54,429 bases of DNA. Origin: a virus (taxonomy: Duplodnaviria; Caudoviricetes). Below, one piece after another: positions 8,231-16,014 of the stretch. Positions within the stretch are counted from its first letter, which is position 1, and every line of letters starts with the position of its first letter. The stretch is from positions 1 through 54,429 of IMG/VR virus record IMGVR_UViG_3300009788_000023. The stretch is one strand, 5' to 3'. A program made the position numbers and the translations under genes. The notes below the pieces were generated by a model. That model had not been told where the DNA came from and did not search any database. It saw only the letters and a list, made by a program, of their open reading frames with translations.

Positions 8231-9319
8231 CTAAAAAAGCTGTATCAAAGTCCTAAACGCCAGTTCCGCACATTGCGGCACTACTCCGTTTCCCAAGAGC
8301 CTAAGTCTGTCCACCCGACTGGCAGGCCCATTAGCTGCTCTACCCAGTCGGGGTTTAGTTTGCCCTTCTGTTTCATCCTGTTTAGATTTCGCCCTATGCA
8401 GGTTTGTTTGCTTTCGGGTATCGTCCTTGCCCCTTCTACCCAATCGCTTGCTTGTGGAGTTCCCCACAACTCTTGGCTCTTCCCATTCGTACTGGGGCTG
8501 TCCGGGGCGAGAAGGCCAACGGCATCCCTGAGAGCGGCCTGGCCCTCTATGTTCTGGTTGCTCTTGAATCGTATTGAATTGCCTCTCTTGAATACTTCCC
8601 TGTTGTTGTCCAGGCAGTCCATTGTCTGTGGTGTCGGCCAGTTCACCGGTAATTTGCCCCTGTGTAGTGTTGCGTTGTGTAAATTGAACTGTGTCGCTGA
8701 CCATGTTCCTCCGTGACCATGTCCGGCGTCCGTTGCCATTATTGTTGGCCAGGATAAACAGCCTTTCTCTCTTGTGTGGGCAACATTCACACCTTTCGAT
8801 TTCAATAGTTTCTCCATCTTCAAACGTGATTGTTTCTGTAAATGTCGAGATACATTCACACGCTGTAAACAGTCCTGCCTCGACATAGTAACCCAAATTT
8901 CGTAGGCTTCGATAAACCTCGGGGTATCCGATGATAAGATGTCCTGAGACATTCTCGAAGAAGCACCAAACAGGTCTAACTGCCTCGATGATTCTTTCAA
9001 TATACGGCCAAAGGTGTCGAGGATCGTCTGTTCCCTGTCTTTTGCCGGCGACTGAGAAGGGTTGGCAGGGATAACCGCCAGTGATGATATGTACTTGGTT
9101 ACGAAACGGTTTTCCATTAAAGGATTTAATATCCGTCCAGATAGGCGCCGCATCCAGCCGCCCTTGTTCAATCTTCGATACCAGGTTCGCACAAGCGAAG
9201 GCTTCGATCTCCACATAACAGATTGTTCTAAGGTTCGCAATAACTCTACGGAGTCCCAATTCCAGCCCACCGTATCCCGTACACAGGCTGATACAGTTAA
9301 ATTGTTCGGTATTATCCAC
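8231..9319 (-). CDS. C5 DNA cytosine methyltransferase, alpha-type chain (motifs I-VIII and X)
   Basis: LCTGYGG, GYPCQPFS, FFENV, PHKRERLF, LGNGVVP; GTG start proposed at 9319. Confidence 0.85.
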   Translation of the reverse strand: MDNTEQFNCISLCTGYGGLELGLRRVIANLRTICYVEIEAFACANLVSKIEQGRLDAAPIWTDIKSFNGKPFRNQVHIITGGYPCQPFSVAGKRQGTDDPRHLWPYIERIIEAVRPVWCFFENVSGHLIIGYPEVYRSLRNLGYYVEAGLFTACECISTFTETITFEDGETIEIERCECCPHKRERLFILANNNGNGRRTWSRRNMVSDTVQFTQRNTTQGQITGELADTTDNGLPGQQQGSIQERQFNTIQEQPEHRGPGRSQGCRWPSRPGQPQYEWEEPRVVGNSTSKRLGRRGKDDTRKQTNLHRAKSKQDETEGQTKPRLGRAANGPASRVDRLRLLGNGVVPQCAELAFRTLIQLF

Positions 9320-9321
9320 AT
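8281..9321 (-). CDS. Alternative-frame partner of the C5 methyltransferase (WPTP repeats, motif IX-like)
   Basis: 346-aa frame overlapping the MTase on the same strand; WPT/WGTP repeats and LNPDWVEQLMGLPVGWTD. Confidence 0.7.
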   Translation of the reverse strand: MWIIPNNLTVSACVRDTVGWNWDSVELLRTLEQSVMWRSKPSLVRTWYRRLNKGGWMRRLSGRILNPLMENRFVTKYISSLAVIPANPSQSPAKDREQTILDTFGRILKESSRQLDLFGASSRMSQDILSSDTPRFIEAYEIWVTMSRQDCLQRVNVSRHLQKQSRLKMEKLLKSKGVNVAHTREKGCLSWPTIMATDAGHGHGGTWSATQFNLHNATLHRGKLPVNWPTPQTMDCLDNNREVFKRGNSIRFKSNQNIEGQAALRDAVGLLAPDSPSTNGKSQELWGTPQASDWVEGARTIPESKQTCIGRNLNRMKQKGKLNPDWVEQLMGLPVGWTDLGSWETE

Positions 9322-9329
9322 GTAACCTC

Positions 9330-9369
9330 AAAAACCGGCGCCGGGGCAAGCATCGAAAACCCCGACGCC
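9330..9369 (-). terminator. Intrinsic terminator-like hairpin abutting the MTase RBS
   Basis: GGCGTCGGGG/CCCCGGCGCC + TTTTT then GAGG. Confidence 0.5.
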
Positions 9370-9382
9370 TTATTCGAAACAA

Positions 9383-9637
9383 CTATCCTTCGTTTGTGGT
9401 TTCGCTCGGAAGTTCGCCCAAAGCCTCTTGCTCAGTCTCAAACAGGTTCTTTTCAGTCTGTGCGATAGTTACTCTTACAAGCGTTCCTTCCTCGCAAAGA
9501 TACGAAAGCCTGCCGATCTCTTCGGCTGGGAATACGAGGCTATCAAAGAACGGCATCAAATTCCCGTTTGGTAAGTGCCTGAAGTTCTTAATTCTTGAGG
9601 CTTGGCCGACTGCCTTTACAAATTTTTCCTTTGCCAT
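9383..9637 (-). CDS. Hypothetical protein
   Basis: AAGGA RBS; ORF track. Confidence 0.65.
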   Translation of the reverse strand: MAKEKFVKAVGQASRIKNFRHLPNGNLMPFFDSLVFPAEEIGRLSYLCEEGTLVRVTIAQTEKNLFETEQEALGELPSETTNEG

Positions 9638-9687
9638 TGTTCTGTGTGTCCTTTCTTGTGCGTTAAGTAAAAAATAATTGTAATTGC

Positions 9688-10155
9688 TTACTTGTCTTGC
9701 TGCATCTTCAATTCCATGCCTCGGAGCTTGAGGATGAAGGCGTGGATGTCTGATTCTTTGACGCGATATGGGTGTATAATAAGGGCGCCATCGTCAATAA
9801 GCACTCTTTGGTTGCCTTTGCCAAACCCATCTATCGGCTTGATTTCGGCGAGGTCGGTGAAGATGTTGCCGAGGACGGTATTGCTCATTTGATTCTTACA
9901 TCCACCTATCGGCATATTACTTTTACCTACTTGCATCAAATCATTACCATGCTTGATAACGATTCTTGCATACCCATCGGCATTTCCACTGTCGGTATAG
10001 CCATAATCCCCATGCCGAAGCTCCGGCTTCTCAGGCTCGGCGAGTTGTTTTACTACCCTGTTAACTTCGTTGTTTGCTTCGACGTATTTGGCGTAGGCGA
10101 GGTCGTTGTCTTTTCTGGCTTGAGCTAATTTGTGTTGGATTTCTTCTTTGTTCAT
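9688..10155 (-). CDS. Hypothetical phage protein
   Basis: Start reassigned to MNKEEIQ; upstream part of the ORF is a structured non-coding segment. Confidence 0.65.
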   Translation of the reverse strand: MNKEEIQHKLAQARKDNDLAYAKYVEANNEVNRVVKQLAEPEKPELRHGDYGYTDSGNADGYARIVIKHGNDLMQVGKSNMPIGGCKNQMSNTVLGNIFTDLAEIKPIDGFGKGNQRVLIDDGALIIHPYRVKESDIHAFILKLRGMELKMQQDK

Positions 10156-10260
10156 TTCTTTGCTCTCAAAATTTAAGTTATAATTGCACCCAGCAGCGCT
10201 TCCAGTGGCCGTAACCGCATCGGGCATCGTTGCCAAAGGGGTCTGCCGGGCGTAAGGAGA

Positions 10261-10506
10261 TTACTCGCTACTCAGTAAATCGTTCGGATCGAGCCATTCT
10301 GCGTAAACTATAACGCCGGTCAATTTGACGATATCGCCCTGTTCGACGTACATATCAGGGCCCAAGTTCCAGCCTGTGTGCGGGGCTCTCTGTCCTTCCA
10401 GTACTGGGGATATCATACCGTCACCCCTTTGGCACCCGCACAACGGCAGGCACAACGGCAGGCACAACGGCAGGCACAGTAGTAAACAAATTAGAATCCG
10501 TTTCAT
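10261..10506 (-). CDS. Lipoprotein
   Basis: MKR + hydrophobic stretch + LCGC lipobox; AAAGGA RBS. Confidence 0.65.
   Translation of the reverse strand: MKRILICLLLCLPLCLPLCLPLCGCQRGDGMISPVLEGQRAPHTGWNLGPDMYVEQGDIVKLTGVIVYAEWLDPNDLLSSE
10438..10478. repeat. 12-bp tandem repeat (GCACAACGGCAG x3.4) in the lipoprotein signal peptide
   Basis: Direct reading; encodes (LPLC)n. Confidence 0.9.
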
Positions 10507-10534
10507 AATATGTCCTTTCGAAAAAAGTTAATAG

Positions 10535-10609
10535 GGCGATAGGCGGGATTTGAACCCGCAACCCCCGGAATCACAGTCCGGTGCTCTAACCAGTTGAGCT
10601 ACTTTCGCC
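10535..10609 (-). tRNA. tRNA-His (GUG)
   Basis: GGCGAAAGTAGCTCAACTGGTTAGAGCACCGGACTGTGATTCCGG...GGTTCAAATCC...; G-1:C73 present; CCA not encoded. Confidence 0.9.
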
Positions 10610-10632
10610 ATTACAATCGCCCAGAAAAACAC

Positions 10633-10737
10633 TTAGCGTCAGGTGTCGGGCTACACTTCTTAGGGACTCCCGACTCGCCCTGCCATATGGACCCGTTATC
10701 CTGATACCCCCGAGACGGGTCAACCTCGGGGCGCCAG
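10633..10737 (-). ncRNA. Putative structured RNA containing an H-type pseudoknot
   Basis: S1 CCCCGAG/CTCGGGG, S2 GACCCGT/ACGGGTC, followed by CAGG..GTCGGG/CCCGAC..CCTG hairpin. Confidence 0.5.
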
Positions 10738-10859
10738 CATATTAAATTGTCAAAGTTGGGGACGGCTACGGATAAAACCGTCCCCGGAGTCTGAAAATAT
10801 GAATCGGCCGGTGATAAAGTATCGGGCTCTGCCGGCTTACCCGTTTGAAAGGTAAATCC

Positions 10860-11999
10860 CTAATTGGCTTTCTTGTAACAAATTGGGCATAATATCGAAC
10901 CGCCTGCTGCGGAGTTGCCCTCTTCTTTATTAAAGCTATGGTTACAGCCCTTGCAAGTAAAATCTTTTTCATCAAGCAGTTTATCCGCGGGATTCTCGAC
11001 CGGTGCAGGCTCTTCTTCCGGCGCCTGTTCTGGGATAATATCGACGGGCATCGGGGCTTCCTGGACCTGCTCGACCGGCATCATATTCTCTTCTTTAGTC
11101 GGCTCAGGGGGAACACTAACAGTATCTTTGTTCATTTCCTCGGCTGTAAGAGTCGTTTTTGTGACGGTTTCCTTCTTCTTATTCTTAGAGCCTTTGGGGC
11201 GGCCTTGCTTCTTCTTAGCATTCTTATCGGCCTCGGCAAGCTGCTCAACCTCGGTCTGCTCAAGGGGGACGACGTTTTCCTGTTGTGGCTGCTCTACAGG
11301 CTGGCTCTCGACGTGCTTGGGCGGCGTTACGGCGGCAGTTTCTTCCTTCATGCGATTAAGTAAGCCTGCTGTGCCAGTCTTTGGTGCGTCCTCAGTAGGG
11401 ACGAAAGTCTCTGTCAGTGGCGGGGCTTCAATGTCAGCAAGTTCGTCAATAGTGTACATTCCCTGAATTAAATCGCTGTAATACCGCCGACAATGCCGAC
11501 TTACTGCTCGCCATGTGAGCATGTCTTTGGGATATTTTATCCAGTTATCCTTCTTTTTTGAGCCGCCTTCCCACAAGTTTGCTCGCTTGGCATCATCGAC
11601 CGAAAACTCTGTCACATTAACCGCCGATTCATTCCGTCGCTTTGACGTTACCATAGCCCTGTAGTTGTCCTCGTAAGGCGTACCTTCAAAATAACAGGTA
11701 ATATACTCACAGGCGCCACTCTTGCGTGCCAATGCGAGCATTGCAGAGCCTTCCATCCCCAGTCGGCCATTGATAACGTGCATTATTTGCATCGACTGCC
11801 ATGGCTTAAATCCAAGCTCTGCGCCTGCTTGAAGAACAACAACGACCTTTTCGGGCCGGTCTAATCCATAAGGGCATAATCCTGATTGGACGAACATCTT
11901 AGCGGTTCGCCACAGGTCGTCAATTGTCCCCAACTGCAAACTGCCTTGAACGACCTGCATTTGCGTTGGTTTTGTTGTTTGAATTTCGTTTTCTGCCAT
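10860..11999 (-). CDS. RecT/Red-beta-like single-strand annealing protein
   Basis: GAELGFKPWQSMQIMHVINGR, AKRANLW, WIKYPKDMLTWRA; near YqaJ. Confidence 0.8.
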   Translation of the reverse strand: MAENEIQTTKPTQMQVVQGSLQLGTIDDLWRTAKMFVQSGLCPYGLDRPEKVVVVLQAGAELGFKPWQSMQIMHVINGRLGMEGSAMLALARKSGACEYITCYFEGTPYEDNYRAMVTSKRRNESAVNVTEFSVDDAKRANLWEGGSKKKDNWIKYPKDMLTWRAVSRHCRRYYSDLIQGMYTIDELADIEAPPLTETFVPTEDAPKTGTAGLLNRMKEETAAVTPPKHVESQPVEQPQQENVVPLEQTEVEQLAEADKNAKKKQGRPKGSKNKKKETVTKTTLTAEEMNKDTVSVPPEPTKEENMMPVEQVQEAPMPVDIIPEQAPEEEPAPVENPADKLLDEKDFTCKGCNHSFNKEEGNSAAGGSILCPICYKKAN

Positions 12000-12017
12000 T
12001 ATTTCTCCTTTTAAGTA

Positions 12018-12467
12018 TTAACTAAAACGTTCAATCCAGTCCGCTTCCAGCATTTCCCAGATGCGGCCTAATCCTTCTCTGAGAAACACCTTATACCACT
12101 CGTCTGCCCTTAAAGACGAACCATCATAATAACAAGCACAGCCAATATACGGACATTTTTCTTTCATAGGCTCTTGGTCGTCAAACATTGGCGTTGGAGA
12201 GTGATAGCCTACATCAGCCCCCATACCTTTGAATGAATTGTATGTACCATGTTTATTCCACAGTTCATCAGTAACTTCAGGAAGATGAACTGGCAAATAC
12301 GCAAGAAACTGGACGGCTTTTTTATCTTTAATTACTAAGCAATGCAAAGTCATGCCCCCAATCCCATAATTCTTCTTTGGGTCTGGATGTCTGCGGTCAA
12401 AAGGTGGAGTTATGGTCAATTGGCGAACGTATCCATTCACATCCTCTTTTATTGTGCTTTTTTCCAT
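12018..12467 (-). CDS. Hypothetical phage protein
   Basis: GGGAG RBS; ORF track. Confidence 0.7.
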   Translation of the reverse strand: MEKSTIKEDVNGYVRQLTITPPFDRRHPDPKKNYGIGGMTLHCLVIKDKKAVQFLAYLPVHLPEVTDELWNKHGTYNSFKGMGADVGYHSPTPMFDDQEPMKEKCPYIGCACYYDGSSLRADEWYKVFLREGLGRIWEMLEADWIERFS

Positions 12468-12477
12468 AACTTTCTCC

Positions 12478-13431
12478 CTAAAATTTCTTTTTCGGCGGCT
12501 TCTTGATTCTTAAAACTCTTGATTTTGATACATTCTTGTACTTTTCGAATATCTCAGGCTCTTTTTCTTTTAAGTCGCTACCGCTGATAGTTTCTTTCGT
12601 ATGTTCCAGATAAGTTACTATCCTCCCATCCTCAAGATATACGCCCTCGGCATCACCCATATAAGTAGTTACTTCAGTGTAAGCCCCTTCTAAGATGTCT
12701 TTAGTTAATTTTGCTCCTTCTCTGGCGTTTTCCCAAGCCGTAACGAGCACCATAAACAAGGTCATTTCATCCTTGCCGAGCTTGATAATCTTACCTGGCT
12801 CCCGTTTTCTACGCTTTGCCATAGCAAAAGACGGAATAATATCCGGTGGCGGCATATCCTTCTCAACGTAGGTTTCCCAGAAGTCCATCGCCGTATCGCA
12901 GATAATGTCTATCATTTCCTGCTTGCGGCTAACGTGGTACATCACAAAGCCCTTGCCGCCTAATAGGACAGGTACCCAGCAAACTTCCCTGTCCCAACAG
13001 AGCATGTGGACGTGGCCTTGTACGAGGATCCGATCAGGCAATTCATCGCTTCCAGGTTCACCGTAATATTCCACAAACGGGCCAAGGATGCCTGCGGTCT
13101 TTGCTTCGACAGGAACGCCAGATGCAATAACTTCTCCGTCTGCATGTGAGCCTATTGGGAAGCCCTGTGCTTTGCGGAATAGAGCGGAACCATCTTCCTG
13201 CTCGCATTTAATCGGGCCAAGATCGCCTTCTGCCCACGACAAAATGCCTGCTTCCAATTTATTGCCCATATCGAGCCAAGGTTTATTTGCTGGGTCTGGG
13301 CCAAGTTTGCCAGTTTTGTCCATCCAGCAATCGTATGCGTTACCATAAGGGCTTACCCCTAAAACCATTGCCATATCGCTTGAGCCCAACCAGCCTTGAC
13401 GGGCCCGTCTTTGTTCTTCTGTAATTCCCAT
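12478..13431 (-). CDS. YqaJ-like viral recombinase exonuclease
   Basis: RQGWLGSSD, GNKLE, HADG, VEAKT, Q..V.M motifs. Confidence 0.85.
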   Translation of the reverse strand: MGITEEQRRARQGWLGSSDMAMVLGVSPYGNAYDCWMDKTGKLGPDPANKPWLDMGNKLEAGILSWAEGDLGPIKCEQEDGSALFRKAQGFPIGSHADGEVIASGVPVEAKTAGILGPFVEYYGEPGSDELPDRILVQGHVHMLCWDREVCWVPVLLGGKGFVMYHVSRKQEMIDIICDTAMDFWETYVEKDMPPPDIIPSFAMAKRRKREPGKIIKLGKDEMTLFMVLVTAWENAREGAKLTKDILEGAYTEVTTYMGDAEGVYLEDGRIVTYLEHTKETISGSDLKEKEPEIFEKYKNVSKSRVLRIKKPPKKKF

Positions 13432-13432
13432 G

Positions 13433-13900
13433 TCAAAAATTCGTCCTTGCGAATTCTCCATAAAGTTCTATTGCTTTGGTATCATAGGCCTTTGCTGCCT
13501 CGATTTCATCGTCAAAGCGGCCATAATGCTTGCTACCCACCTGAAGCATCCATCTTTGTCTTGCTTTATCCCAACACACCCCCTTGTAGTTAGAGCTTGT
13601 ATTGAGGCGTTTTTTTGCATTTGCGTGATTAAGGCTATAGTTGCAAAACCTTAGATTTAATCGTTGGTTATCCAAGCCGTTTCTGTTGCGATGGTCTATC
13701 TGTTGCCCTTTGTTGGCTTTCATTATCATTCTGTGCATATAAGGATGCTCGCTTTTGCTTTTGCTGATATAGATAGATGTTTTGGCATAACAATTTCCAG
13801 AGTCCGTCTCAAAATAAAACCACTTCAGCTTTCGGAGCCACTCAAAATCTTCATCATCCACAATAGCAAAATAGCCCTGAGTCAATTCAATCTGTTTCAT
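13433..13900 (-). CDS. HNH-AP2 homing endonuclease
   Basis: YMHRMI, IDHRNRNGLDNQRLNLR, SNYKGV, GRFDDEIEAAKAYD. Confidence 0.9.
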   Translation of the reverse strand: MKQIELTQGYFAIVDDEDFEWLRKLKWFYFETDSGNCYAKTSIYISKSKSEHPYMHRMIMKANKGQQIDHRNRNGLDNQRLNLRFCNYSLNHANAKKRLNTSSNYKGVCWDKARQRWMLQVGSKHYGRFDDEIEAAKAYDTKAIELYGEFARTNF

Positions 13901-13981
13901 AATTCAATCCTCAAAAATCCCCAGCCACGAAAGCGGCAGGAAGAAACAAATGTCGGTTATAAAGTGTAATATTTTCATAAT

Positions 13982-14022
13982 AAAAGCCCGCCGGTTCGCC
14001 GGAGGATAACGCCCCGACGGGC
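13982..14022 (-). terminator. Intrinsic terminator-like hairpin
   Basis: GCCCGTCGG/CCGGCGGGC + TTTTATT after the lysozyme gene. Confidence 0.5.
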
Positions 14023-14032
14023 CCGTTTCAGG

Positions 14033-14533
14033 TCATTCGTAAAGTCTCTTTTTCACTTTCTGCCAATATGCTTTTGTGGAATCCTTTTTCCATCCGTTCG
14101 GGCCGCCGTTGTGAATTCTTGCTATATCCTCAAAGGTAGGTTCTCTGCCGATGCGTTCTTTTGTGGCGTAATGCTCAAGGTAGTGCTTAACCATACATTT
14201 ACTGTACCAATAGTTGTGCCTATCTTCGTATTTGAATTTGTATGCCTTGTGCTGATATGTAGATTGCAATATCCGGTTCACATCATCGACGTAGATAGAA
14301 TGAATCTGGAAGCTCCCAATTGCCTTACCATTGTCGCCTACGGCGTGTTTGTTCCCCCCGCTTTCCACGAACTCCATCGCATCGAGTAATTGCTCAAAAG
14401 GCGGCTTTGGAGCCGAAGCGTGCGGTATAGTCAATTCGACAGTCCGCTTCATATCAGCCCCGGCTTCACGGCAGACAATCGCCATCAGGTAGATGAACGC
14501 AAGTCCCAAAAGTACGCAAAATAGTGTTTTCAT
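14033..14533 (-). CDS. Lysozyme-like muramidase/transglycosylase (i-type/destabilase-like) with N-terminal hydrophobic anchor
   Basis: VESGG, GSFQIH..Y..D, ARIHNGGPNG motifs. Confidence 0.75.
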   Translation of the reverse strand: MKTLFCVLLGLAFIYLMAIVCREAGADMKRTVELTIPHASAPKPPFEQLLDAMEFVESGGNKHAVGDNGKAIGSFQIHSIYVDDVNRILQSTYQHKAYKFKYEDRHNYWYSKCMVKHYLEHYATKERIGREPTFEDIARIHNGGPNGWKKDSTKAYWQKVKKRLYE

Positions 14534-14557
14534 AATAAAACCCCTTCAAAATAGTAA

Positions 14558-14661
14558 ACGCCCGGCCACTTTCCTTTTTGCATTTTTATGTCAATTGATG
14601 TAAACCCAGTTCAATAATTAGCTCTTTCTAAAAAGTTAATCAATTGTTTGTGGCCGGGCGT
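14558..14661. repeat. 12-bp perfect inverted repeat enclosing 80 nt
   Basis: ACGCCCGGCCAC / GTGGCCGGGCGT; inner CAATTGAT/ATCAATTG. Confidence 0.8.
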
Positions 14662-14730
14662 ATTACGGCTTAAATAAACAGCAGGAGGCATCCTTGCCCT
14701 TCACTCCGTTGGTCCCTGCTGAGTCCATAA

Positions 14731-14937
14731 CTACTTTCCAAGAATTGCTATCAGCAAAAGAACTATGCCTACGATTACTAATATAGCCAAAGTAACCACT
14801 GCTGGCAGCCATAGTGGAGCAGTAACCCACCACCAAGACCATGTTATCTTTTCGAGCAACTTGAGTATTAAAAATACAATAAAAGTTGCTCCACAAACTC
14901 CAATTCCACCTGATGAACTTGATGATGTTGTGCTCAT
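14731..14937 (-). CDS. Small two-TM phage membrane protein
   Basis: SSSSGGIG...FLILKL..ITWSWWWVTAPLW pattern common in phages. Confidence 0.75.
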   Translation of the reverse strand: MSTTSSSSSGGIGVCGATFIVFLILKLLEKITWSWWWVTAPLWLPAVVTLAILVIVGIVLLLIAILGK

Positions 14938-14939
14938 AA

Positions 14940-15239
14940 CTATTTCCTTCCTGCTTCGTGTCCATGCCTTAACATTTCTTGCCCTGCTTCTGCCGTCCAG
15001 GTTATATCTCGCCCGAAACCGCCGACAGCTTCGCATCCGTGAATAAACCCCATCGAGAACAGAAGCACCGCCACGATCCCCCAGAGCAAATAACTCTCGA
15101 CATGGCGGATTTTGTTCGATACCGCCCGAAGTCGCTCCACATCGCCCCTTGTGTACGGTAACTCGCTACAAATTATACTCCGTAGCCGAATCCGTTCACC
15201 TTTACACTCTGCTAAACTCATTTTTCTAACATTCTTCAT
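14940..15239 (-). CDS. Membrane protein with entericidin-like C-terminus
   Basis: TM segment then GCEAVGGFGRDI. Confidence 0.55.
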   Translation of the reverse strand: MKNVRKMSLAECKGERIRLRSIICSELPYTRGDVERLRAVSNKIRHVESYLLWGIVAVLLFSMGFIHGCEAVGGFGRDITWTAEAGQEMLRHGHEAGRK

Positions 15240-15276
15240 TTTGCTTTCCTCTCTCTCCCGCTCTCAAGGTTACGGT

Positions 15277-15492
15277 TTATATTGTCATTCCATCTGGATA
15301 TTTAGTAGCTAATGGCCGGTAATCATCATCAGCTTTTTTGCCACATTCTCCGCACTTCATTTCAGGTATGACGTTATTGTGAAAATTACTATCGTCATAA
15401 CCTCGGCCTTCTTCCGTATGACCGCAATGTTCGCATTCATAAATAGCCCTAAAATCGCGCCTATGCTGGCTTGTTATTTTCTGTATTTTCAT
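15277..15492 (-). CDS. Small zinc-finger phage protein
   Basis: HRRDFRAIYECEHCG...CGECG; GAGGTG RBS. Confidence 0.75.
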   Translation of the reverse strand: MKIQKITSQHRRDFRAIYECEHCGHTEEGRGYDDSNFHNNVIPEMKCGECGKKADDDYRPLATKYPDGMTI

Positions 15493-15540
15493 AATTTCCA
15501 CCTCATAATTAAAGTCTAAGAAATAAAATTCAGGTATGCA

Positions 15541-15653
15541 AATAAAACCGCCAGGGAGCGGAATCGTCGGAAAGAATTGATAGACGCCCCTTGACGGTAC
15601 GATTGCCGTTTTAAGTTGTTTTTTGAGTGTTATCATTTTTCCGACGATTCCAC
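15541..15653 (-). promoter_or_regulatory. Leader/attenuator element B
   Basis: GGAATCGTCGGAAA (15638-15651) complementary to 15560-15573 in the loop of hairpin ACCGTCAAGGGGCG/CGCTCCCTGGCGGT + TTTATTT. Confidence 0.6.
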
Positions 15654-15685
15654 TTGATTCAATTGTCAATCTCTACTATCGACTC

Positions 15686-15714
15686 ATTATATCATAAACT
15701 TTAACATCTGTCAA
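15686..15714 (-). promoter_or_regulatory. Consensus sigma-70 promoter (leftward)
   Basis: TTGACA-17-TATAAT. Confidence 0.85.
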
Positions 15715-15776
15715 TAAAAATCCAATTTAATTATGAGATATTTTTGATAGTACAAGATTTAATAGTATTTTTTAGC

Positions 15777-15805
15777 TTGACAAATGGATTAAAGTGTGGT
15801 ATAAG
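15777..15805 (+). promoter_or_regulatory. Sigma-70 promoter (rightward, integrase operon)
   Basis: TTGACA-17-TATAAG with TG extension. Confidence 0.7.
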
Positions 15806-15828
15806 CGGATAATTGATACTATTTAAGG

Positions 15829-16014
15829 ATGAATAAAATGTTATATAAGTGTCCAGACTGCGGAAACGAGTTCGCCGGATATGACGATTCGGCCGGTGAG
15901 CCGTGTATCTGCGGTGGAGTTTACTATCCTACGCAGCTAAACGAAGATGAAAAGGTGCTCTGCGCTGAAGTTGACAGGTTATTTGGAGTTGAAAATGGCG
16001 AAGAAAAAACTTAA
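15829..16014 (+). CDS. Small zinc-ribbon protein
   Basis: CPDCG...CICGG. Confidence 0.6.
   Translation: MNKMLYKCPDCGNEFAGYDDSAGEPCICGGVYYPTQLNEDEKVLCAEVDRLFGVENGEEKT

Noticed and set aside
10633-10737. HDV-like/theta, hammerhead or twister ribozyme, or tmRNA
   Set aside because: Catalytic core motifs and a tag ORF were not found, and it lies 5' of the tRNA whereas theta ribozymes lie 3'
15715-15776. attP in the AT-rich gap between the divergent promoters
   Set aside because: No core or arm repeats identifiable, and no host sequence to compare
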